A stretch of 64,000 bases of DNA, from assembly GCF_964204645.1 (NCBI RefSeq), contig NC_134025.1, positions 22,362,299 through 22,426,298 of the forward strand. The letters are read 5' to 3'. Below, piece after piece: positions 29,801-41,800 of this stretch (positions are counted from its first letter, which is position 1; each line of letters begins with the position of its first letter). Under the pieces are notes generated by a model, which worked only from the letters and a program-made list of their open reading frames with translations, was not told the origin of the DNA and did no database searches. Source of the stretch: Tubulanus polymorphus (lineage: Eukaryota > Animalia > Nemertea). Made by a program: the position numbers and the translations under genes.

Positions 29801-32800
29801 GTATTACAAAAGGAAGTCAAGTCAGAGAGATATAAAAAAATAGTTGTAGGCGGCAGGCGTGTTGATCTGACATACATAAACAGTTGGATACTATACGATC
29901 TAGTTCAGCTGTCCCTTTTCTCAACTCGAAGTAATCTTTTTTCGACCGGTTGAATTTTCTCACATTTACCGAGAGAACCGATCGACATTCCTGTATATCT
30001 CCGGAATCTCTAGAAGGTCTTCCACGTATTCAAGCATTCGGACCGCGCATTGGCGTCGTGACAAGTCAAAAATTTATTGTCGTCCGACTGAAGACGACAC
30101 AACAACTAGCGGAGCATTGTGTTGAACTGTACAGCATATAAAGTCTGTTGCTTCGAAGGCCTTCAGTACGCGCGTGTACGGCACAGAGCGATCGGCTCGC
30201 CAGGCAGTCGGAGAGAGTCGGAGCGATATCTACGGTCTAATGGATATTTCTTCGTTAAAGGAACCGGGGATACTTAATATCGCTGCTGTGGCGTTCATTA
30301 CATGAAACATTTATACGCACATATATTCGTATATAAAAAGACGAGATACCTGTGGATTATACTTACTTGCAGGGCTGCCCGCCCGAGCTATAATGGAATT
30401 TATCGGAAATCTAATTTCGTCTTACTCTTTAGCGGCGGTTATTTTTGCGCGATCCGCTTCTCAGTTATATAGCTGAACTGAAGACGAAGAAGACTAAGAA
30501 GAAGAAGAAGAAGAAGTGTTTTTTTGTGCGTATATGCGCGAGTCGTCAGTCGGCTTATATTTAGTTTGCGCCGTGATACTGTGAATAGGTTGTAAGTACG
30601 CTCTGTGTGTGTGTGTATGTATAAGTCTAAGTCGGTATTTTCTGATAATTTGATAAGCGTGAGATAGTAGAGAGAGAAGCGATTTGTTCGGTTTCATCCC
30701 CGGCTGGATGGACTTTCTCTTCCCGTCTGCTGGCTGCTATTACGCTGGGTGAAGAGGAGCCACAGATACGTCTGCTGTCTGCGCGCTATAACGTCGGAGC
30801 TGTAATGTTTATTTACAAACAGCTGCGCTGACCATTTTCAGGGGAAAGCTGCCCGGCCTGCCCGAAGTTTAACCCTACTACCGGTGAACTATATTTTGAC
30901 AACAACCAATCGGTTTATAGTGCGTATATCGTAGTAATGTAAACTACGTATTGATATCTACCACCTGGATATATTAGATTCTTGATAAGAAGCCATTCAT
31001 AAATTCACTCTTGATTGAGAGAGACGTTCTAGACGTAAGATTAGAACCTCAACATCGGTAGCCTGTTATCTATGCAGATGGAGCCAACTCAAAGATATAA
31101 ACCGATCGCCAGGAGCGGGCCATTTTCGAACTCTCGCATCATCCTAACGCAGAACCCGACATACGCGGCGAACTGCGATTTCGAATTGTCGCGTCGACAA
31201 CTACCGCCGTCGTCGGAAAATAATAACAAGTACAAATGTCACGAGCTGCCGAACAGCGCTGAAAGTATGGACCCGACAAAGGTGCCCGTTTACGACCGGT
31301 TAGGCCGTCCGAGCGCGTGTCGTCCGTTGAGCGGCGACTTTTCGAAGGTTTCGCACGGCCTGCGACGCACGCACAGCGCGCGCGAGGCGCGTAAACCCAC
31401 CGAGGCCAGCCATCTGCTCTGTCAAGTCGACCCGCAAACGCGACGTCTGGCCAGTCCGCGTATGGGATGTACGTCTCGCACGATGGAACGTAAGCGAGAA
31501 GCTGAACGAGCCGACGCTAAATCCCCAAATCCTCAAACGCCGCAGCAGCAGCAGCAGCAGCTACAGCAACAACAACAAGACCAGCGACACTTCAACCCGA
31601 TACGGGTCGATACGGGAAAACAAGTCGTCGTCGTACCGATGAGCAACAGTTCGCCGAAGAATACGACGAAAACGCCGCCGATAAATCAGGGCTTCTACCC
31701 GATTAAGGAGGACCGAACGACTAGCATCGCGGCGAATGATGTGGTCGACGAACCCGTGTGGAAACCGCGCAGCAATTCGATCGACGTCGGCGTCATTCCG
31801 TTAACGCCGGCAGAATTCTATAAACGCCGGAATTCTCGCGACGCCGGGCCCGCGTCGTCTCCGACCCCGGTCCTACCGGCGTCGAGTACCGCGCGGTCAA
31901 GTCCCGTCAGTCGACCGGTTAGTCGACAATTAGACTACAGCAATCGCGTGTCGTCGCCGTCGTCGAATCAGTATTCCGTGCCGAACCACGTAACGAGAAA
32001 CGGCGGCGGCCATCATCCGCTGTTAAATGGATCGTCTAATGCTTCGTGTAATCCTCCTCCGTCGTCGCGGCGATCGTCGAGTACGTCGTCCGGCGGCGTG
32101 TTGGATATAAACCTCGTCCATCGTCGCGGCTCCGTCAGCTCGGGCAGTACGTGCGAGCCGGTGAGTCCAGTGAGCGATAAATTCGAGGACATGATGCGTA
32201 ACGTGTCCCCGCACGCGAATACCCGCGAGACGGTTAATAAGCCGAATTTAGATTCGACCAGGCACAGCGTTTGCGTCGGGAACATGAGCCGCAATATGTT
32301 GCTTAATCGCAACGATCCCAAGAGACACTCGGCGAGCCCGAGCATGGCGATTCTCGAAGAATTGCGCTTCCTCAATTCAGGTAAATTTATTATTCATAAA
32401 TTCCCGTCCATAAATAAAGGCGTGCGTATCGTTTTACTCTGAATTAAGGTTCTATTTACAGGTAGATTTATTCATAATCACCGTTCCATTCCATCAGTTG
32501 CTAGAAGTGTATTTATCGTTTTTCTTTCGAAGCTGGTAAATTCATGCATGAAAATTCGAATGAAAAAGCGTATCAATTTTTTAAAAAAAGCGGCGTATCA
32601 ATTTTCTTAAGAGATCAGGGGGTGGTGTAGGGTGCACTCTCGATTCGACCAGAAAATTGGCCCTTCGCAACCATTATCTTCCTCATCGGGTGTTCAAGCA
32701 TATTTTCTACAAAAAGCCAGTCAACCTGACCTTTCGCGTCCCTCCCCCAAGTAGATAGATACAATCGTCGAATTTCAATTCACCGAGTAACATATTGTCT

Positions 32801-35800
32801 ATGTGGGTGTGCAACAAGTGCATTCTAAAGTGTTTTATCATCCAAACTCCCTATTGAACTCGCGGAGCTTTTGTACCATTCTCTCGCAATATTCATCTGT
32901 GGCGAATTATTATGCGTTTTGTGGTCGAGCGTAGATAATGACTGTCCACCTAAATAATGCGTACAACGCGCCCACATATCTCTTCCTTTCTGCGACAATG
33001 ACCTCGAATTTATTAATCACATTTCGGGAATGCTTATTTATGGCGAGTACTTTGAAAAGGACTAGTGTGTATTTCCGATTAAATGAAGTGCACATATCCT
33101 TTTGAACTGTAATGGACTTTCAGCGCCGGGATCCCCGGCGAACAGAACTTTATTTCATAGAAATACTGTTGAACAGCTGTATACAACAGCGCAATGTTTT
33201 CGTCACAAAACGTCAGTCAAATTAACGCATTAATTCGCGCATTCTTCTGCTAGATTCCGCTTAGTAGCGATCGTGTATTGTATTGAAAGAAGGATCGCCG
33301 TTGGTTTATTGAAATCGACGAAGGAGCACCGAATTCGTTCCAAGAAGAACATGTCCCGAATACCTTTGAGATTATTTTCATTAGAGATGATGTTTGGATC
33401 GTTTGAGAAATGAAAAATGAGAACGATTTTGCGCCCCAGACGCACACGACCCGCAATATGTATCCTCTTGAATCTTTGGCTTAAATTAATCGACGCCCTG
33501 AAATCTATCAGGATGATATTTTTGATTAGCTCGCATGAAAAATGGCCCGTGTAATGCGAAGATTTTGATCCGGGGTCGGCGAAGAATAATCCGTTAGTGC
33601 TGAACATAGAATGTAAATATTGGTGCTGCGTATATGCATTTTTATCGGGGAGACGAGGGGGCCTTGAAATGTGACCCGGAATCTTACCACCCGACGAACC
33701 GTTTCGATATCGATGGTACTTGTTTCGATGATGTAAGGATTCTGTAGGATATTTGTTTTCGCTGATAATAGCAACGAGAATATATGAAAATCCATTTCAT
33801 GACCCGGTTAATCGTGACTGGAAGAATCCCACAACTGTCGGAACGTTATGTTTACTATAACAAAGGCTTAGAAATCCAAACTTTTTAGGGCACCATTTTT
33901 GTACAAGATTTAATGGGAATCTATTTTTCAAAATGTCAAATGTGACCCAAATACTGCTAAATCTCTATCATTTAATGCTGTTATTCGGTGCTATAAAACC
34001 ATTGTGTTGTTACTGGATCCTATACATCCGCCCTACTTTTGTCGGATTATTCATTCCGGTATTTATATGTATTTCCGCCTCTATAGTTGCAAGTATACAA
34101 ATTAGCAAGTAAACAGTTATTTGTATATTAGAGACTGGTTGCAAAATTGTATATAAATCATTTCTATTCTTGAGTTAATTTTGTAATAACACGAATCTAC
34201 TGTTGTTAATAACGCGTGCTGTGTAATTTGCTGTGTATATATAGCCTATGCACTGCCAGGACAACTTCGCCAGCTAGTCGCGTCTGAATCTGATTGCATC
34301 CAAGGAGCTTTGCCATGATTTGAATGTATATGTATATGTAAACGTGAAAATGAAAAATTACCTGCGCTGAATGTATAATCCAATTCTCCCGTCGTCGGAT
34401 AAAAATCGGGTCTTTCACTGCTGAAAACATCATCAGTTATGATATCGAGGGCGGATGTAGGAAAATTGGAAGGCCGGGTTTCAGAAGAGAAGTAAGGGCA
34501 TTTCTAGGCTAAAGCAGCCATGCCGAAAGCCTCTAGCGCGGGCCAAAGTCCCTCCATCTAGGGTTAGATATTTTTGAAGAAATCCGTTCTAAGAGATGCT
34601 ATTTTTGAAAGGATGCGTATCACATTTATAGGTATCTACTTCGACAGTAAGAGAGGGGTCCGTACCCCCGAGCCCACCTCCTAGATCCACCCCCGCGGAT
34701 ATGTCAGGGAACAGGGGGGTCGGGATGAAATGCCATTTGAAACGATTCGGAAATTTTAAATCAGCTAATTACGTCGGAAAAAAGTTCTATCAACAATGTA
34801 TACAGTGGAACTCTTTCCTGAACTATTTATCTGCCTGAAATATAGGTCTAGGTTCCCCCTGAATTATTTCATATTTAGAAATAACGTAATAGCAGAGTCT
34901 GGTTGAGACTCGACTCGGGAATTATTTGATTAAGAATTAATGAGTCAAATTTTTCTGCCAAGATCCGGGTTAGATTCAACTACGGTCAAATATAGTTGAT
35001 ATACATGTATACATACGATATGCATATTTGTTATGAGTTGAATCTCGAAAGTTAAATGAATAATTGAAAAGTGGGAGGTAATTGTGACCCTCGTTTGAAC
35101 TGATTTCGTGTCAAATTAAGCCGTAAAAGTGGCTTCACACCTCTAAACTGAGAGGTCACATTTTAGTCGCAGATTTGAGTGTTAGATATAGCATCAAATC
35201 TGTCATTTCTTTTGATCAAGATAATTAGCCGACCACACGGACCGATCAGGCCAGAGTCAAATTATGCCCGTGCCTAATTAGTGAGTCATTTCCGAAACCA
35301 GTTGTAATTCACACGCAATAATTTGACCCTTGTTAAAATTTGGCCCGGGCCTGGACATTCTTGTTTGGGCCAAACAGGCACGGGCCCATTTGGCACCCGT
35401 GTGAAGAGTTGTTCCGGGCCTAGTTTGGCACAGGCCAAATTTGGCCCCGGTTAAAAAGTGCTCGTGTGATCACGGCCTATGATTTAATTCCTGATACATC
35501 CTGTTATAATGTTACGTGCCAGTAGGTATATACATCTAATCCATCTACCGGTATGCCATTAAGGTTTAGCCATTTTCCACTTATGACGGGTTCACGAAGT
35601 ACAGCATAATAAGTCGTTTGATTTATTTATATTCGACGTTAAATCCCATATAATTTGCAACCAAAGAAATTCAACAGAACCCAGTTTAGATTATGAGTCG
35701 GGTTCAAATATCTGTCTTATCTGTCTTAATGCTTCCGATTGATTTTAACAATAGATTCAAATTTAACTCACAATATTGTGGAAATGGCTGAGTAATCCAG

Positions 35801-38800
35801 ATTTCGCGATATATATTCTAGGCTTTTGGTGTAATTTGGATCGGATTGAAATCAACGGATTGAGCTTATATCTGGATCAAGCAAATTCACCCGTTAAAAC
35901 AAATGGTTCCATTTATCTAAGCCGCGATCGCATAGGCCTTTTTTTTTATCGGGGCCAACTATTAGCCATAGCAACGACTCACACCGGTACCAGACCCAGG
36001 GATTGTGCCTGTCTCATACCGGTAAAATCTTGCCCGACGAAAAAAATAGGATCCGGTCCTAGAAATTTTAGTGTAGGTCAAATAATTGAATTTCATGCTA
36101 TTGCTATCAGATTCTGGAAATGATTCACTTTGCTTCTCACAAAATGGTTTTCACACCATTTCAGTAACAAAAAATATGCGTGTTAACGCGAACACTTATT
36201 AGGCACGGGCCAAATTTGACTTGGGTCCGGTCCAGGCCAGTTTGACACGGGCCAAATCATTCCCGCGTGATCATCGCGGCTCTAGACCAGAAGTGGATCG
36301 GTGCGAATATGAATTTTTTTCGATTATCTTACATAGCATAGACGTATATATCTTACATAAATAACGTAGAGTATGAAAGTCATGGGAAAATAGTCGTTTT
36401 CATTCTTGCCGGCGCAAAAAATCTATGAATTACTGTAGTTGGAACAACGATTGCGTTATCTGTTACAGCCCTGGATAAGACTGCGGTATTTTCTGTTGTT
36501 TTCTCTGCCGCGCGCACGCGAAGCAGAAATATATGTTTTGTCGACGAAGAAAAAACCGTTAGACTTTATACTATGATGATATGTATATTACCTGTGTATG
36601 TGTACTTGCTATTTTCGGCGCGAAATGTTGTTTCTCTGCGGGTAAAGACTGACTGTCTTTCTTTCGCTTATCAAGTTCTCTGTTTGTTTGTGGGTGGTTT
36701 TTACTAAGCGCTTAATTACTATTTCTGAAAATGATTCCCGTTTCGCTGCGCCGCACGGTATATGCGCAAAAAAGCGGAAAAAATTCCCCCGGCGCGGCGG
36801 TTTTTACAATATATTGAAACTCTGGTCTACGCAACAGGTTTGCGTTAATGTATTGTCTATATATGCCGAGCTTAGTTTTCGGATTATCGAACCCTGGTTA
36901 CTAACTCTATGCGGGTAGGTGGGTTTAGAGACCGACGAATCGGAGTTATGATAACACTACCACAGCTCGGTGTAGCCGTTCGCTATACTCAACTCAGCGC
37001 TACAAACCAGAGGTGAATTTCAAACCGGATTTTCATCAAGATGTAAATTCAAATTCATCTATCAGTGTTTTCAATAAGAGCCAGATCCCAGGTCCCAGAG
37101 CCGTCTGTTTTTTGTAAGGGACCCGCCTGTTTCTTCAAACCAGCTATCGTTTCAGGGACCGTGACATATTACGGGACCCTCCTGTTTTTCAAAGGGACTT
37201 GGCTTGTTGATTTCTTACTGAAAACACGGATTTATTCATCATAAACCATAAGTACACAATTGTGAAATGAAAGAAAACAAAAACAGAAAGGGTGAACAAT
37301 ATAAACAATAAAGGGAAAAATATTTACTCACTTCTGTTTTACAATGTTTAAATGATATTTAGAATGTGTTTATTAATTTTGCAGTTTTTATGCTAAGCGG
37401 TGGTTCAGGCAAGTTCTATATATTATGCAATCGTCGCCTACGCGTGATGCTGCTGTTTCTTCGGTATTTTTCCAGGCCTCCTCCTCGTCGTCGCCATCTA
37501 TATCTATCTATCAATTCGATATTCTTCTTTTTTTTAAATGTTATTCGATACATACGGTGTGATATGACGCGCGTTCATCAGCCGGGGACAGAACGTTGTG
37601 TACGCGGGATTACATCAATTTCATACGATATCAAGTTCGGCGTTACCGGATGAGATGAAAATTTCATCCCTCATCCGCTACGAGATATTTTGGCAGCCGA
37701 GCTTAGCCTGCCTATTCATCGATCTCTGCGTGTTCTATTTCGCGCTTGCGCGTGCCTTTAAGCATTCGATTTTAAACGCGAATATTATCAAGCAAAACAA
37801 ATTGCTTCTTTACGTGTATATATATAATTATATAAAGCGTGCTTTTTCTCCGCTTACGCCTCCTGAGAAAATGATGGCACCGCCTCTTACTTCGGAATCG
37901 GGCCCCCGCCCTATTCCTGTCATCTCGTTTCGCGTTTTATTTACGTCTTATATATCTTGAAGCTGACGTCGAAACCTTAATCAAATCGAGTTTCTGACTG
38001 TTTTTATTCATTGATTTTATAGACACGACATGCGTTATGAGTTGATCGTTCGTCAAACAACCACGAGCGATAATGGCGGATGTAGGGGGTCTCGTCGGTT
38101 TAAAAGCGCTCCTTTGCGAAGTGCATGGCAAACATGACAAGAAAGGGTTCGGGGCTCCAAAAAAACTTTGAACGCACTGATAGGTAGAAAATCCCGTAAT
38201 TATAACGAAAAAAAAAAATATATGAAGTCCGAAAATGTTTCCTTGATTCAATATTCCTGAAGATTAAGCGTAGTTTATCTGACGTTTCGACTAGATTCTA
38301 ATAGGTATCTTCAGGAATATTTAATCGACTACTAGCTTAAGGAAACATTTTCAGACTTTATATTGTTTTTTCGCTGTTACTACTGTTACAATTTCTAGAA
38401 AGATGCTTTTTTGGTGCATTTTGGCAATGGAAGAATTACCATTTTGAAACAATGGTGTGAAGATCATTTGGTGTCCATGTTGTACCGATTACTAATGATG
38501 GAAAAAATTGCCATTACTGAAGTGTTATGGATGAGTCCCCCTTTTGAACTGCTGCAAATTTGCATAGAAATAATGGACAATTTCATGATTACTGCTTTTG
38601 ATTAAGCATTCCATATGATTTCGTCAAATGGCTATTGTCTCTTTCCTTGAACATATCCCTAGAAATATTTCCGGGTGTAAAGGAATCTAGACTATCCGAT
38701 CTTGAATTCGCATACGTGTATATCCCGTTTTACGTAAACTATTTCTGTTCAACAGGTGTTTGTTAGTACAGGTGATTGGCAGCAACTGATAAAGATGATG

Positions 38801-41800
38801 CTTTTTGCTGAAATATATTTCTAACTCTGGGGGCGAAACAAGTACTAACTATAGCCGCGATCATACGAGCAAATTTGGCCCGGAACAACTGTTCACACGG
38901 GTGCCAAATGGGCTTGGCCAAATTTGGCCCGACCAAAAACGTCGGACCATACCCCAAGCCAAATTTTAGTACCAGACAAATGATTGCGTTTGAATTGCAA
39001 CTGGTACCGGAAATGATCCACTTCGCTTTGTTTGTGCATTGTTTAGTATCGAGTGAATGGTTTGCGTGTGAACGCGCTCTCTTATTAGGCACGGGCCAAA
39101 TTTGGCCCGAGTCTGATCAGTTGGCCCGGGCGAAATCATCTCCGTGTGATCGCGGCTTGTAACTGTTTAAATGCAATGGTTTCTCATTGTTTCCCTAGGA
39201 GGCATTGTATGGGCTAACCTATAGCCGTGATCACTCAAGCATTTTTGGCCTGCACCAAAATTGGCCCAGAACAACGGATGCCAAATGAGCCCGACCAAAT
39301 ATTTGGTCCAGGCCTGAGCGAAGTTTTAGCGCATTTCAAATCATTGCGTGTGAATTGCAACTGGTTCCAGGAGTGACTTACCGCACTTAATTCAAGCATT
39401 GTTTAGTATGAGTGAGTGGTTTACGTGTGAACATTCTCTCTAATTAAGCACGGGCCAAATTTTACTCGGGCCTGTTTTCGTGCCGATTTGGCCCGGGCCA
39501 AATCGTCTCCATGTGATCACGGCTTATAGTATGAACCTTTATAAAACCACTTCCCGCAGAAATTTCAAAGATAATCTCTGATGGTTTAGTCACGATCATT
39601 CACTCCCCTAGCTCTCGAAATCTTACCCTCGGCATATCTCGCTAATACCTTTACCTCATCTTGCATAAACAAATGCCGATTTCATTGCCATTTAAACTAT
39701 ACGATATGCCACTTCAGTAAAAAAAAAAGAAGCTTATCGATGATTTCCTGATTTGATTTGTTTTACAGAAATTCGAACGGAAGCCGTTATGCAGGCGTTG
39801 GCGTTACACAATCAAAAGACGCCCGTCGTGCCGATGCCTTCGAAGCGCACATCGACCGTGTACGGGCCTCAACCTCAGCCACGGCCTCGACGACAAGGCA
39901 CGCAGGAACAGGAAGGTACGTGCTATCTATTTCGTCAGGACTGAGAGTGATGCTGGGCTGTAAAATAGGCATAACAGTGTTCTCCATATATGCTGGAATT
40001 TTTAAAGTATTCTGTTTACATCGTGGCTGCTGAAGTAGCAAGGCTTTCGATCCCCAAACAAATACAGACAATTTAAGCTTAATTTCGGTGTAATCATCTA
40101 TTTTTCACATTAGCTCGATATGTTTCAAAGCAATTATCAGCATTGACTGGCCTGGTGTTATATCAGCAGGTTGGCTTAGGAAATAGCATTCACGCCAGTG
40201 GTACTGGATCAAATGTATATCAGGGTGACTGAATATTGACATCTTCTCTGGTTCGGGCAGAAGATATTTTATAACGGGTGGCTGATTTTCAGAGGGGTGG
40301 ATGTAAAAATAAAAATAAAAATGGGTGTTGTTGTAACGTGTTGTGGAGAACACTGAAGTCATTAATCCACAGGACCCAGTTCCACAGTTGTGAGTTGAAG
40401 ATTTCACTCAGATTTAGCTCATTGGGAATGAACTAATTCAAGTTAACTCGAATTCATAACTGTGGAACTGGATCCTGGCTGACTTAAACCAATTTTTGAG
40501 CAACTGCGCCCTAAGAATTTCCAATTCTATGATCTAGTTCATAGTAAGATAAACAGAATTCACTAAGAAATTAAACCGATTTAAGAGTTAAACCTTTTTG
40601 TGGATTTGAGCCCTGGGCCCAGTTCACAAAAAGGATTAAGGCCTAAATCGATTTAAGATAAACTGAATTAATGAAGAAATTAAATCGATTTAAGAGATAA
40701 ATCTTTTTGTAGAACTGAGTCCTGGGCTTTAAGGCGAAACACTTAATGTAAAATGCAGTTCGACATGAAAAGCGATAAGCATTCGGCATCTTAATTTTTT
40801 TAAGCAGATTCATCGTCGGACGACGATAGCAGTATATTCGATGAGGATAGCTCATCGCACGGAAGTCGATCAAGCAATCGCAATCAACAACGAGGAGGAG
40901 GAGGAGGAGGAGGAGGAGGACGTTTCGAACAACAACACAACCGAGAACAACAATCTCAACACCAACAACAAAACCGAGAAAGCATTCCAGCATCTCATTC
41001 CGCTACCGGTAGCAGCGCTTTTAATATTCCCGGCAATCAAGCGCGTAGTTCATTGGCCGATGTCATGATGATGAGTTCCAGGCATTGTAAGTGTGAATGA
41101 ACAAATTCAATGAATATGCAGTAATACTCGGGGGGGGGGGGGGAGGGGGGTCTAGGGGTCTGATTCAGGGGGTGCACCCCTTAAATAGGGCATAACATAA
41201 TTAAAAGGGCCCCCGATTATGGGAAAACATTACCTCATTTATGGAAGTACAGAGAACATGTTTATGAATTTAAACTTTTTAAGTTGATATTCTATAATTT
41301 ATATTTTTCATTTCCCCTTAACATTTTAGGCAACTTGGGGGGGGGGGGGAGGTGCGCACTGCATCCACCCCTGATACTTGCTAAATCCAGAAATAGATTT
41401 TTGCTTTAAAATGCCCCCTTTTGGTGGAAAACTTCCCACTTTTTGTTGAGGGAAAGTCCAGTCTACGCGTCTGCTGTATGATAAATTCCAGACTAGGCCG
41501 AGTTCAAACTTTCGGTCTAAATACTTCATTTAATTCATCTCGCCATACTTCTTTGTTGTGTAACGATAGCGAATGAGTATGTCTACGAGGATGTAAAGAG
41601 GCTGGCAGACTGTGGAATCTTTTCGTTCAATTAGTTTGATAATCCGGTCTGTTAACCACTTCAAAGCTGCATTACGTACATAGGCGAGCAGATGTAATAA
41701 TGTTGTCAGAAATTAGCCGAATGATAAAGAATGATAAAGTTGCCGTGTGGATGATTATTTTCATGATATCAGCCTGAAAGAATGTTTAGATTCCTGTTAC

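Noticed and set aside
31300-32375. Minus-strand ORFs of 63-120 aa
   Set aside because: They are antisense shadows of the GC-rich plus-strand exon.
40841-41068. ORF with a poly-Glu tract
   Set aside because: It is an alternative frame of DIP2 exon 5. Splice phases support the poly-Gly frame.
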